A stretch of DNA of 63,963 bases, counting the filler, from Lama guanicoe (Eukaryota): assembly GCA_013239625.1 (NCBI GenBank). It is 206 parts of 206 records of this genome, joined end to end, with 100 filler letters (N's around TTAATTAATTAA, not from the genome) between each part and the next. Parts side by side here need not be neighbours in the genome. Positions count along the whole stretch, not along the records: positions 51,004 to 51,214 come from PNXV01036396.1; positions 51,315 to 51,525 come from PNXV01036397.1; positions 51,626 to 51,836 come from PNXV01036398.1; positions 51,937 to 52,147 come from PNXV01036399.1; positions 52,248 to 52,458 come from PNXV01036400.1; positions 52,559 to 52,769 come from PNXV01036401.1; positions 52,870 to 53,080 come from PNXV01036402.1; positions 53,181 to 53,391 come from PNXV01036403.1; 198 more parts are not named here. One strand, 5' to 3'. Every line of letters starts with the position of its first letter. Position 1 is the first letter of the stretch. The position numbers and the translations under genes are program-made. Positions 51,026 to 62,546 of this stretch are shown here, piece after piece. Under the pieces are notes generated by a model. It was given only the letters and a program-made list of their open reading frames with translations. It was not told the DNA's origin and ran no database searches.

Positions 51026-51314
51026 CACACAAGCACAAAAGGCACCTTAAAGAAGGTGAAAAGCAATTTAAAGTAGGGGATATTCACAATACATACAATT
51101 CAGAAAAATCAGTAAGAGACTGAGACTTCCTTTATATCCCCACGACTTTTCTTCACAATAAGCATGCATTATTATGTTGACTTTTTAACATTAAATTGAA
51201 GAAATAAAAATATCNNNNNNNNNNNNNNNNNNNNNNNNNNNNNNNNNNNNNNNNNNNNTTAATTAATTAANNNNNNNNNNNNNNNNNNNNNNNNNNNNNN
51301 NNNNNNNNNNNNNN

Positions 51315-51525
51315 AAGAGCTGCAAGAACAAAGGATTCTAACAACAAAGAATTCATACACCAAATTTGCAACAACCAATCATTCCCTCTTCCCCTTGTTA
51401 ATATAAGAAGAGCCTGAATTCTGACTTGGGGAGATGGTTCTTCAGGACATTATTCTACCATCTTCTCAGCTGGCTCTCCAAATTAAAGTCGCTATTTCTT
51501 GCCCCAAAACCTGGTCTCCCGATTT
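51315..51525 (+). mobile_element. ERV LTR U3/R region (related to 4355-4565)
   Basis: gctgcaagaacaaaggattc...caaccaatc (CCAAT)...tataagaagagcctgaattct (TATA)...attaaagtcgctatt (polyA-like signal). Confidence 0.7.
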
Positions 51526-51625
51526 NNNNNNNNNNNNNNNNNNNNNNNNNNNNNNNNNNNNNNNNNNNNTTAATTAATTAANNNNNNNNNNNNNNNNNNN
51601 NNNNNNNNNNNNNNNNNNNNNNNNN

Positions 51626-51836
51626 ATTTACTAGGTCCTTTCATGATGCTGAAATAGCAATGTGTTGTACTTTTAATGGCTGAGTAATATTCCACTGCAA
51701 ATTTATAGAAATATCATATCTTCTTAAATCCATAGTCTACTGTGGACAATTGGATTGATTCCCTGTCTTGCATAATATAAACAGTGCTGTTGTTAACATT
51801 GGTTCTTCTCAATTTAGTGTTTTTCCCCAGATTTTT
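51626..51836 (-). mobile_element. L1 3' region relic (antisense)
   Basis: tttaatggctgagtaatattcca...tcttcttaaatcc...ttccctgtcttg. Confidence 0.7.
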
Positions 51837-52247
51837 NNNNNNNNNNNNNNNNNNNNNNNNNNNNNNNNNNNNNNNNNNNNTTAATTAATTAANNNNNNNN
51901 NNNNNNNNNNNNNNNNNNNNNNNNNNNNNNNNNNNNGTGAAATGGCACATGGACTCCTACCAAGCACAGGACCAGCAGGCGGTACGTGCAGGAAACATAA
52001 CAGCCTTTCACGTTATGGTGAAGAACCAGCAGTCATCAACCAAATTAAGAAGGAGGGCACGGACATCCCGAGATGAGGGCAAAGGGACAGGGATCTGCGG
52101 GGTGACTTCCTTTATAAGTTCCTCAGTGGGAGTGGAAGAGATGAGGCNNNNNNNNNNNNNNNNNNNNNNNNNNNNNNNNNNNNNNNNNNNNTTAATTAAT
52201 TAANNNNNNNNNNNNNNNNNNNNNNNNNNNNNNNNNNNNNNNNNNNN

Positions 52248-52458
52248 TGAAACCCTACCATTTTGTTGTTAGGAATCCCAGCGTCTACACAGAAAGACCG
52301 CAGCTAGATATTCCAGCCACAGTCCAGCTGAGGTTTCTGCCGACTGCCGGCATCAACCACCAAACCTTCTCGTGGTTTCAGCCCCCAACCTTCAGGGTAT
52401 TCCAGCTGAAACCACACAGAGCAGATACTATAGCTGTCGCCATAAAGTTCTGCCCAAT
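52248..52458 (+). mobile_element. MLT1F/G-like MaLR LTR
   Basis: ccagccacagtccagctgagg...gccgactgccggcatcaaccacca...ttccagctga...gagcaga. Confidence 0.6.
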
Positions 52459-52869
52459 NNNNNNNNNNNNNNNNNNNNNNNNNNNNNNNNNNNNNNNNNN
52501 NNTTAATTAATTAANNNNNNNNNNNNNNNNNNNNNNNNNNNNNNNNNNNNNNNNNNNNTTTGACCCCAAAATCACACAGCTAGGTAATATTAAAGCTGGG
52601 AATGAGTTTTATGTAGAGGATGTCGAAACAATTAAGAGCTAGAGGCAAGTCATTTGTAATGGAGTTGGGCTTTGGCTTCATTCCAACATACTGTGTTATA
52701 TGCATATGATCACATTTGGTACAAACCAGATGATAAAAATACTGTCTCAGACCTCTAAGTTGTGGGCTGNNNNNNNNNNNNNNNNNNNNNNNNNNNNNNN
52801 NNNNNNNNNNNNNTTAATTAATTAANNNNNNNNNNNNNNNNNNNNNNNNNNNNNNNNNNNNNNNNNNNN

Positions 52870-53020
52870 CAGCAGAAACCAGCCAGTGGGAGTTGATGAG
52901 GGTGGCTCCACAGACATGCGAGCCTTGTTTGGCATAGCAGGCTGGCTTGCCATGGCCACTGGCCCACCACCACATCCAGGCCACCATAGATATTCCCTAT
53001 CACCTTGGGTTTCCCGCACA
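52870..53020 (-). pseudogene. PRSS47-like trypsin-family serine protease exon with a 4-nt frameshift insertion (partial)
   Basis: Acceptor tctccacag| at 53021/53020, then VCGKPKVIGN-IYGGLDVVVGQWPWQASLLCQ. After removing 4 nt (about 52925-52928) it continues GSHVCGATLINSHWLVSA, the canonical S1 protease N-terminus. It resembles recalled PRSS47 VCGKPKVVGKIYGG...GQWPWQASLLYWGSHLCGA. Confidence 0.82.
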
Positions 53021-53802
53021 CTGTGGAGACACCCCTGCCTCCTATGACAGAGACACTGGTAGTACCTCAGATGCCACTACNNNNNNNNNNNNNNNNNNNN
53101 NNNNNNNNNNNNNNNNNNNNNNNNTTAATTAATTAANNNNNNNNNNNNNNNNNNNNNNNNNNNNNNNNNNNNNNNNNNNNTGTGGGTGAGGGGAGAGGGT
53201 ATAAAAGAAAAAGATCCGTGTGAGTCATAATCATAGTTCTTTATGGTCACACATTGTATATCTCTGAGATTTACAATATAAAACAGAGGGAAGGGAAGAT
53301 ATGGTCCTAAATTATCCATTTAAATGATAAGTATTACACTTATTATAGACATTGGGATCATCTCATCAAATCTTAGAATTTCATTATCTAGNNNNNNNNN
53401 NNNNNNNNNNNNNNNNNNNNNNNNNNNNNNNNNNNTTAATTAATTAANNNNNNNNNNNNNNNNNNNNNNNNNNNNNNNNNNNNNNNNNNNNTGTGCAATT
53501 TCAAAGACTTGTCAGAAAAAGTCACAGAGCTTCCTCTGAGCTCTCCTGGGACATTTGCTGCTGGAACATCACTACTCTGCTGCACAGAGGCCTGAGCATC
53601 CCCGGAGGGGCTCACGCTGAGAGAAACCCACGGGCAGCATCCACCCCAGGCCGCGTGAGGGAGCCATCGTGGCCCAATGAGCTGCCCTGGCTGACACTCA
53701 TTNNNNNNNNNNNNNNNNNNNNNNNNNNNNNNNNNNNNNNNNNNNNTTAATTAATTAANNNNNNNNNNNNNNNNNNNNNNNNNNNNNNNNNNNNNNNNNN
53801 NN

Positions 53803-54013
53803 GGGGGCCCAGCGGCGAGGCCGGGGGCGCGCACCGCGGCGAGGCGGGGCTGGGCGGGCGGACCCCGGGGCCCTGGGGCCCTGGGGACCGAGGCGAGGAG
53901 GGCGGGCGCGGGCTTTACCTCTCCCCGGGGCAGAGTAGGGCACGTTTAGCGTCTTTAGGGGCGACGGGAGGAGCGCGGGCCGGCCGGCGCGGGGGGGGGG
54001 GGGCGAAGGTCCG
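53803..54013. promoter_or_regulatory. CpG-island fragment with GC boxes
   Basis: Very high GC and dense CpG; GGGCGG motifs at about 53852 and 53900; G-runs. Confidence 0.7.
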
Positions 54014-54113
54014 NNNNNNNNNNNNNNNNNNNNNNNNNNNNNNNNNNNNNNNNNNNNTTAATTAATTAANNNNNNNNNNNNNNNNNNNNNNNNNNNNNNN
54101 NNNNNNNNNNNNN

Positions 54114-54324
54114 CCGCGACCCTTCAGTGCCCTCCCGGCTGCGCCGCCCGCTCCCGCAGCTCCACCCCCGCCGAGGGGACCTCCGTGTCTCGGGGGACTT
54201 CCTGCCTCTTCCGCTCCTCCGCCTCGCGGGGAGACCGGCCTCCCCCGGAGACCAAAGCCGCAGCAGGCACCCGAGGGCTCCCCCAGCAAAGGAACCTAGG
54301 GTCCGGCACCCACACCCCACCCCC
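54114..54324. promoter_or_regulatory. CpG-island fragment
   Basis: High GC and many CpGs; an ETS-like acttcctg motif at about 54197. Confidence 0.6.
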
Positions 54325-55046
54325 NNNNNNNNNNNNNNNNNNNNNNNNNNNNNNNNNNNNNNNNNNNNTTAATTAATTAANNNNNNNNNNNNNNNNNNNN
54401 NNNNNNNNNNNNNNNNNNNNNNNNTGCCGATGGGAGTGTGCCCTCTGGTGAGGAGAGGACGGAGGGCTTCACCTGGCATCTGTCTCCCATGGAGCTTTCT
54501 CTCTGCACTTAACTTTCCTCCAGTAACCAAACCATGACGTCAGCTGGTGAGAAATACAAGTGTTAGGAGAACTGGCTTCCCTGTGACATTGCTACTTCTA
54601 GGTGCTGAAAAAGGACTAAGCACTCAGTCCTGCTANNNNNNNNNNNNNNNNNNNNNNNNNNNNNNNNNNNNNNNNNNNNTTAATTAATTAANNNNNNNNN
54701 NNNNNNNNNNNNNNNNNNNNNNNNNNNNNNNNNNNGAACGCTTCGTTCTCATTGGATGAAATGGAGGGATGCCAAGCTTCATGGCGGTTCCGAAAGTTGG
54801 CCGCCCTGCAGAGCCACTGAGAGCTGCAGAATTCCTGGGCGCCCAGGCCCTACCCAGACCCACTCGGTCAGAGGATCTGGGACACGCAGCAACGGGTCAG
54901 TCTTAATTCCCCAGGGGATCGCGCTGTGCGGGCAAGGCTGGGACCANNNNNNNNNNNNNNNNNNNNNNNNNNNNNNNNNNNNNNNNNNNNTTAATTAATT
55001 AANNNNNNNNNNNNNNNNNNNNNNNNNNNNNNNNNNNNNNNNNNNN

Positions 55047-55257
55047 AAACAAACAAAAAAGTCAGCAAAGAAACACAAAATCACAGCAAAGGTAAAAGGC
55101 CACATGGAAATTTTAGAACCAAATAACATAATACCTGAAATAAAAATCTCAATACATGGACTCAACAGCAGAAAAGAACAGAGGAATCACTGAACTTGAA
55201 GACAGGACAATAGAAATTACCCAATCTGAAAAACAAAGAGAAAATAGACTGAAAAAT
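55047..55257 (+). mobile_element. Old L1 ORF1 coiled-coil relic
   Basis: atggaaattttagaacc...ataatacctgaaataaaaa...ggactcaacagcaga...tgaacttgaagacaggacaatagaaattacccaatctgaa. Confidence 0.8.
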
Positions 55258-55357
55258 NNNNNNNNNNNNNNNNNNNNNNNNNNNNNNNNNNNNNNNNNNN
55301 NTTAATTAATTAANNNNNNNNNNNNNNNNNNNNNNNNNNNNNNNNNNNNNNNNNNNN

Positions 55358-55568
55358 TATGAACAAGAAGGTATGCAGACTGGTTTAAGTGCCTGTTTTC
55401 CCTTCTTGGGTATGTATGGAAGAGTGGAATTGCTGGGTCATATGGTAAGTCTATGTTTAACTTTTTGAAGAGCCGCCAAATTGTTTTCCACAGTGGTTGA
55501 GCCATTTTGCATTCCCATAACTGATGTATGGCAATTCTTATTTCTCGATATTCTCAACAACTCCTGTT
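55358..55568 (-). mobile_element. L1 ORF2 3' relic (antisense)
   Basis: Minus frame QPLWKTIWRLFKKLNIDLPYDPAIPL. Confidence 0.92.
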
Positions 55569-55979
55569 NNNNNNNNNNNNNNNNNNNNNNNNNNNNNNNN
55601 NNNNNNNNNNNNTTAATTAATTAANNNNNNNNNNNNNNNNNNNNNNNNNNNNNNNNNNNNNNNNNNNNAAATTGACAAATTTTAAAGAATGAATACATGT
55701 TGGTATGACTTTTCCTTTGAAGGACACACTCTCTGAGGTGACAGACCTGAAAATAGTCCACTGGAATCAAAATACCTTCCCCAGAGTTCTGATTTTGCCC
55801 CAGATCATCCTGGCACGTCTATAAATGAACATTGACGAGCTCCTGCTCTGTGACAGTGACTGCCGGCTACTGAGGTGTGNNNNNNNNNNNNNNNNNNNNN
55901 NNNNNNNNNNNNNNNNNNNNNNNTTAATTAATTAANNNNNNNNNNNNNNNNNNNNNNNNNNNNNNNNNNNNNNNNNNNN

Positions 55980-56190
55980 GAGGAACAGAGAGATAAACAG
56001 AAAACAAGTAACAAGAGCATAAATTTAAGCACAACAATATTATAATTAAATTAAATGTGGAGAAGTTCTCAACAGCCCAATTAAAAGGTAGATTGTCCAA
56101 CTGGATAATAAAGACCCAACATTATGCAGTCCATAGGATACCCTCTTAAAACAAAGACACAAAGGTTAAAAACAAAAGGATAAAATATAT
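55980..56190 (+). mobile_element. Old L1, start of ORF2 (endonuclease)
   Basis: ataattaaattaaatgt...cccaattaaaagg.agattgtc..actggata...aagacccaac.ttatgc. Confidence 0.75.
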
Positions 56191-56655
56191 NNNNNNNNNN
56201 NNNNNNNNNNNNNNNNNNNNNNNNNNNNNNNNNNTTAATTAATTAANNNNNNNNNNNNNNNNNNNNNNNNNNNNNNNNNNNNNNNNNNNNTTGTATCTCT
56301 CCTTAGTCTCTGGTCAGGTTGTGTCTGTGAAAGAGAGAAGGGGTGATTTTTATTAACCCTGGATCTGCACATTGATTACTACTTACGTGTCACTTTCCTC
56401 TAAGAAGACATAAACTCTTCTGCAGACTTTACCTTGAAAGGTACCTCACATGATTTGCAAAGCCTGATTAATGGAGTTAATTTTATAACAACTCTAAAGT
56501 ANNNNNNNNNNNNNNNNNNNNNNNNNNNNNNNNNNNNNNNNNNNNTTAATTAATTAANNNNNNNNNNNNNNNNNNNNNNNNNNNNNNNNNNNNNNNNNNN
56601 NTCGGGTTTGTGTATGCTACGTCTGAGACATTCACAGTGGTATGGGTTCCATATG

Positions 56656-56757
56656 CGATGACCGGCCTTTTTGGTTTGCTCAGGACTGTCCTAGTTTTAG
56701 CTTTGCAAGTCCTGTGCCCCAGGGAACCTCGATCAGTTTGGGATGGTTGGTCACACA
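56656..56757. mobile_element. MER81-like hAT-Blackjack MITE
   Basis: gatgacc...ggtttgctcaggactgtcctagttttagc...aagtcctgtgccccagggaac...tgggatggttggtcac, with residual inverted termini (tgacc/ggtca). Confidence 0.75.
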
Positions 56758-56912
56758 GACCATTGAGGAAGGGGTTGTTTCCAAACAACAGGGGCTGAGG
56801 GTGGGCCACTAANNNNNNNNNNNNNNNNNNNNNNNNNNNNNNNNNNNNNNNNNNNNTTAATTAATTAANNNNNNNNNNNNNNNNNNNNNNNNNNNNNNNN
56901 NNNNNNNNNNNN

Positions 56913-57123
56913 TATTTTCAGTTTTTAAGGAATCTCCGTACTGTTTTCCACAGTGGCAGCAGCTTTTACATTCCCACCAACAGTGTATGAGAGTTCCTTT
57001 TTCTGCACCTCCTTGTCAGATTTGTTATTTGTAGATTTTTGTTGATAGTTATTCGGACAGGTGTAAGGTGATACCTCATTGTGGTTTTGAATTGCATTTC
57101 TCTAATAATTAGAAATACTGAGC
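56913..57123 (-). mobile_element. L1 ORF2 3' relic (antisense)
   Basis: ctgttttccacagtggc...ttacattcccaccaacagtgtatgag...ggtgatacctcattgtggttttgaattgcatttctctaat. Confidence 0.92.
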
Positions 57124-58231
57124 NNNNNNNNNNNNNNNNNNNNNNNNNNNNNNNNNNNNNNNNNNNNTTAATTAATTAANNNNNNNNNNNNNNNNNNNNN
57201 NNNNNNNNNNNNNNNNNNNNNNNAGAAATCTATGTATATGTGTGTGTATATATGCTTTATTGAAAACTAAGGACATACTATATTTTTTCCGCAGCTTGTT
57301 TTATTCACTCAGGGGTATATCATAGATGTCCTCCCACTCAAGACCCACCCGGTCCTTTCGGATAGAGTGGAGGGGTCCCCTGAAATGCAGGTGTGTTCTC
57401 TTGTGCAAGGACACCTTTGGTGGGAGAGTGCTGTNNNNNNNNNNNNNNNNNNNNNNNNNNNNNNNNNNNNNNNNNNNNTTAATTAATTAANNNNNNNNNN
57501 NNNNNNNNNNNNNNNNNNNNNNNNNNNNNNNNNNAGGAAAGCAGACGGAGGGCCAGAGCATCCTAAAGCACGTCTAAACCCACGGTGAGTGAGGACGTGA
57601 AGCTTCAGGCCCCCGAGCACGACCCACCATTGCTGTGTGCGAGTCACGGCGCCCGGGTTACAGGGGACGGGCACCCAGAGCCGGGGCGCCTGGGCGGAGC
57701 CGGCCCTGCGCACTCCGCCTGCGACCTCCAGTCCGCCGCCAGGGGNNNNNNNNNNNNNNNNNNNNNNNNNNNNNNNNNNNNNNNNNNNNTTAATTAATTA
57801 ANNNNNNNNNNNNNNNNNNNNNNNNNNNNNNNNNNNNNNNNNNNNAACTAAGTTTACTTCGTTCCGATTAATAGTGTTTGTATAGAGACAAAGAAGAATG
57901 CTCTAATTTAAATCCTTAGCATGCTATTCTGTATTAGACCATTGATGCTGTGGTTTGCCAATGTAGCATTTTTATTTCACAGCTTCCTTGAATAATTAAA
58001 AAGTGATGCACTGAGGATATACAAACACTTTATTAATATGCATCCTAATAGGATCTNNNNNNNNNNNNNNNNNNNNNNNNNNNNNNNNNNNNNNNNNNNN
58101 TTAATTAATTAANNNNNNNNNNNNNNNNNNNNNNNNNNNNNNNNNNNNNNNNNNNNAGCCACTGTGTTTTAGGTGCTGTGGATGACCTGGATGGAGGCCA
58201 AACAGGGCAATTTCTGATTTCTAGTTTTCCA

Positions 58232-58367
58232 CACCAAACCATTAAAAAAACTGTTAGAACTTATGAATCATTTCAGTAAAGCTACAAGGTACAAAATCCA
58301 TACACAAAAGCCAGTTGTCTTTCTATACATTAATAATGAAGCATCAGAAAAAGGAATTTAAAAAAAA
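58232..58367 (+). mobile_element. L1 ORF2 RT-region relic
   Basis: aaaaactgttagaacttatgaatcatttcagtaaagctacaaggtacaaaatccatacacaaaa. Confidence 0.8.
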
Positions 58368-58866
58368 NNNNNNNNNNNNNNNNNNNNNNNNNNNNNNNNN
58401 NNNNNNNNNNNTTAATTAATTAANNNNNNNNNNNNNNNNNNNNNNNNNNNNNNNNNNNNNNNNNNNNTTTTTTTTTTTTTTTGCAGTGTGGAGACACACA
58501 ATAGACAATCAAAAGTTCCAAGGAGACACACTTTGGGAAATTAATATACTTATAGGAGCACATATATGGGAAAACTGAAAAAGTAACACACAGGTCGAGG
58601 GAAGATGCATGCTCAAAAAAGCCTAAAAAGACTACAGCTTCTCCTAAGCTTCTTCTTTAGCCTCAAAATCAAGGGCCANNNNNNNNNNNNNNNNNNNNNN
58701 NNNNNNNNNNNNNNNNNNNNNNTTAATTAATTAANNNNNNNNNNNNNNNNNNNNNNNNNNNNNNNNNNNNNNNNNNNNGGCGCCCACTGACTCCCGGTTC
58801 ACCTGCTCGCCTCACGAGCGGCCTCGGGGGCAAACAACCCTACCCGGCCACGCCCGAGGCTCACCT

Positions 58867-58989
58867 GGTCTCGGGGCCTCTTCACGCTCTTGGAAGTCGT
58901 GCGGGACCCCAGAGAGCTTTTGTTTATGCGGTTGTATCCATCGGCACTTACTACACTCAAAATTAAGGTGAGAAATCTTAAAAATATTT
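58867..58989. mobile_element. Arthur1-like hAT DNA transposon end
   Basis: ggtctcggggcctcttcacgctctt...ggaccccagagagcttttgtttatgcggttgtatc. Confidence 0.6.
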
Positions 58990-60955
58990 NNNNNNNNNNN
59001 NNNNNNNNNNNNNNNNNNNNNNNNNNNNNNNNNTTAATTAATTAANNNNNNNNNNNNNNNNNNNNNNNNNNNNNNNNNNNNNNNNNNNNGAACTCACCCC
59101 CTGCCCACGTAGCTGACCCTCCACCACCATGGGGGCCAGTCCTGCCTGATCAAGGGACACCTTCCAGGGGGCACCCAGACCCCTGCCCCATCTTCCTGTG
59201 GGGTCTCCTGGGCTGGGCGCCATAAGCCTGGGGATCCCCATGACCCCACCGCTGAGTCTGTTTAGGGACTGTCGACTGAAATAAAACCACACAACGTGAG
59301 NNNNNNNNNNNNNNNNNNNNNNNNNNNNNNNNNNNNNNNNNNNNTTAATTAATTAANNNNNNNNNNNNNNNNNNNNNNNNNNNNNNNNNNNNNNNNNNNN
59401 GCTAAAAACATCCTGAATTTTGCTAGGCTCCCAGCTCTGTAATGGCTACTCCACACAGCCCAGGCATCCTGTTTCTTTTTTCCCAGAGGAAATAATTTCC
59501 TTTCTCCTCTCCTGCTCCCCCTGGATAATGTCAGTCTTTCTACCTTCATCTTTCAGTTCTGATAAATTTCGCTCTCTTAATTCCTTTGACAACTTCCCTT
59601 TTGCTCTTTTANNNNNNNNNNNNNNNNNNNNNNNNNNNNNNNNNNNNNNNNNNNNTTAATTAATTAANNNNNNNNNNNNNNNNNNNNNNNNNNNNNNNNN
59701 NNNNNNNNNNNAAGTACTTGTCTTAATTTTAAAAGAAAATTTCATGCTCAAACAAGCAAGGACCACATGGAACAACTAAAATAATCCTGAAAAAATTTAT
59801 ACACACACACACACACACGCATACACATATAAACATACTTACATATGAAAAGTTTTCAGACAGTGGACATGAAGAAGCACTGGAATGTGACCCTTGAGTG
59901 ATGAGAAGCAAATGAGAATGAGNNNNNNNNNNNNNNNNNNNNNNNNNNNNNNNNNNNNNNNNNNNNTTAATTAATTAANNNNNNNNNNNNNNNNNNNNNN
60001 NNNNNNNNNNNNNNNNNNNNNNCCTTGTTCATTCGCACCCAAAAATGAACAAAAACGGAGCAAATCTGGCACGCACTGAGGGAGAAAAGCAATAGCAAAC
60101 AGTTGAAAGTTTGGAAGTGCTTTGCATTAGCTTGAAAACAAAAAAAGTCAATGATTTGACCAGTCATCAAGCCAAATAACCACGACGTGTGAAGACACTG
60201 CAGTGAAACTGGGTTTTCGGCATTTGGAATTAGNNNNNNNNNNNNNNNNNNNNNNNNNNNNNNNNNNNNNNNNNNNNTTAATTAATTAANNNNNNNNNNN
60301 NNNNNNNNNNNNNNNNNNNNNNNNNNNNNNNNNAAGTCCTCCTCTTCAGGGCTCCTGGCGAGGCTGCGACACCAATAATCCCATCCACACTCTCCCCGGA
60401 GAAGGGAGAAGAGATGGTTTAAGGACATTTTCCCGAGTGTGCAAACGATGTTTCCATTTCTATCTCCGGGGAAATTTTTGTCACTTGACCACATGCAGAG
60501 ACCTTCAAAGGAGTCTGGAAATTATGATTTCTTTTTTTAAAACTNNNNNNNNNNNNNNNNNNNNNNNNNNNNNNNNNNNNNNNNNNNNTTAATTAATTAA
60601 NNNNNNNNNNNNNNNNNNNNNNNNNNNNNNNNNNNNNNNNNNNNAAAAAAAAAAGTCTGATACAAAAGAGTGCATACTGTATGATTCTGTGTAAGAATGA
60701 AGACTCAGAAACAGGCAAGTCTACTTTATCGTGTTAGGAGTCGGGGGCTGAAGGGAAAGTGTTAAGGAATGGAAGGAGATTTAATTGTGCTTTTAGAACG
60801 TCGCTGATGTTCTGTTTCTTTCCCCGGGAGGAGGTTACGTGAATGTATTTCCTTTNNNNNNNNNNNNNNNNNNNNNNNNNNNNNNNNNNNNNNNNNNNNT
60901 TAATTAATTAANNNNNNNNNNNNNNNNNNNNNNNNNNNNNNNNNNNNNNNNNNNN

Positions 60956-61165
60956 CAGAAACAGACTCACAGACATAGAAAACAAACTTATGGTTACCAG
61001 GGGCGAGGGGGAGGATAAACAGGAAGTTCAGTATTTGAAGATACTAACTACTATATATAAAACAGATAAAAAAAAACAGATTTCTTCTATATAGCACAGG
61101 AAACTATATTTAACATTCTTATAATAGCCTATAATGAAAAAGAATATGAAAAGGAATATATATGT
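60956..61165 (+). mobile_element. L1 3'UTR (same family as 47894-48104, uninverted)
   Basis: cagaaacagactcacagacatagaaaacaaacttatggttacc...tatagcacaggaaactatatt...aatgaaaaagaatatgaaaagg. Confidence 0.9.
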
Positions 61166-62198
61166 NNNNNNNNNNNNNNNNNNNNNNNNNNNNNNNNNNN
61201 NNNNNNNNNTTAATTAATTAANNNNNNNNNNNNNNNNNNNNNNNNNNNNNNNNNNNNNNNNNNNNAAGTCCACCCGAGTCCGAGTGGTTGCAAACTCCAC
61301 AGCGGTTTCTGCACTGAGGGCTGGGGAACTTCGGTTCTTGGTGAGAAGGTGGCTTGTCAACGTGCGCCTGGCTGCCCCCTGTCCACATGAACACGGCACT
61401 CGAAATTCTATTCCACGATCCTGCACACCCGCGTGAGTTCGCCCCAACACCCAGAGCTGAGGAAAATGGACCTGATNNNNNNNNNNNNNNNNNNNNNNNN
61501 NNNNNNNNNNNNNNNNNNNNTTAATTAATTAANNNNNNNNNNNNNNNNNNNNNNNNNNNNNNNNNNNNNNNNNNNNTCAGAACTCGTTAGGACGACAGGA
61601 ATAATACAAATGAGCTGTGCTCATCGGTGACGCTGTCTTAAACATCACTTTCTTAAAAACCAAGAGATCGGACTTGGGGTCAGCAGGACCTCAATCCGGC
61701 CTCCTCGCTTCGGATCTCAGCGCTCCTTCGCCTCCCACATCGTCCCGTTCTTATCTGTGCAGTGGACTGACCGATGCTCATGGAGTGNNNNNNNNNNNNN
61801 NNNNNNNNNNNNNNNNNNNNNNNNNNNNNNNTTAATTAATTAANNNNNNNNNNNNNNNNNNNNNNNNNNNNNNNNNNNNNNNNNNNNATAAATATACCAC
61901 AACTTCTTTATCCAGTCATCTGTTGATGGACATTGACCCCTGTTTCTAACACCTGACTTCAGCTAAGACAAGCATCCCCAAGCTAAGATGAGAAGATGAC
62001 AACAGTAGCAGACACCTGACCCCAGAGTCTGGACCAAGCCTGTAAGACTCAACCCACTGGTCAATTGCACTGTTTACCAAATGTCTATCTCTCTGCCANN
62101 NNNNNNNNNNNNNNNNNNNNNNNNNNNNNNNNNNNNNNNNNNTTAATTAATTAANNNNNNNNNNNNNNNNNNNNNNNNNNNNNNNNNNNNNNNNNNNN

Positions 62199-62409
62199 CC
62201 GATCAGTTCCAGGTCCATACGCCCAACCATCTCTTTTAACTGACGCACCAGGCCAATATTTCCCCTGCCCTGAATCACCCAGAGCATCTAGACAGTTGGA
62301 GTACCACGCAGCCAGAGAGCCCATGCAGAAAGCCCAGAGTCCAGCAACATCATTCAAACTAGCCATGCCTTAGCCTTTCCCCTTCCCTGCCTTTCCTTTC
62401 CATGGAAAA
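62199..62409 (+). mobile_element. MER74/MER54-like ERVL LTR
   Basis: tttcccctgccctgaatcacc...attcaaactagcca...ccctgcctttcctttccatggaaa. Confidence 0.5.
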
Positions 62410-62509
62410 NNNNNNNNNNNNNNNNNNNNNNNNNNNNNNNNNNNNNNNNNNNNTTAATTAATTAANNNNNNNNNNNNNNNNNNNNNNNNNNNNNNNNNNN
62501 NNNNNNNNN

Positions 62510-62546
<37 letters not shown>

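Noticed and set aside
53803..54324. Two adjacent CpG-island contigs as one promoter
   Set aside because: They are separated by the artificial linker with no overlap, so adjacency is not evidence of linkage.
56546..56809. Overlapping ORFs on opposite strands
   Set aside because: They overlie a MER81-like non-coding MITE.
256..62366. Family of small ORFs ending in poly-X plus LIN or N
   Set aside because: Artefact of translating through the N-run into TTAATTAATTAA; the shared C-terminus comes from the linker.
62510..62546. Long poly-T as a retrogene tail
   Set aside because: It sits at a contig edge with no recognisable transcript sequence. Many contigs here begin or end in homopolymers, typical of short-read assembly breaks.
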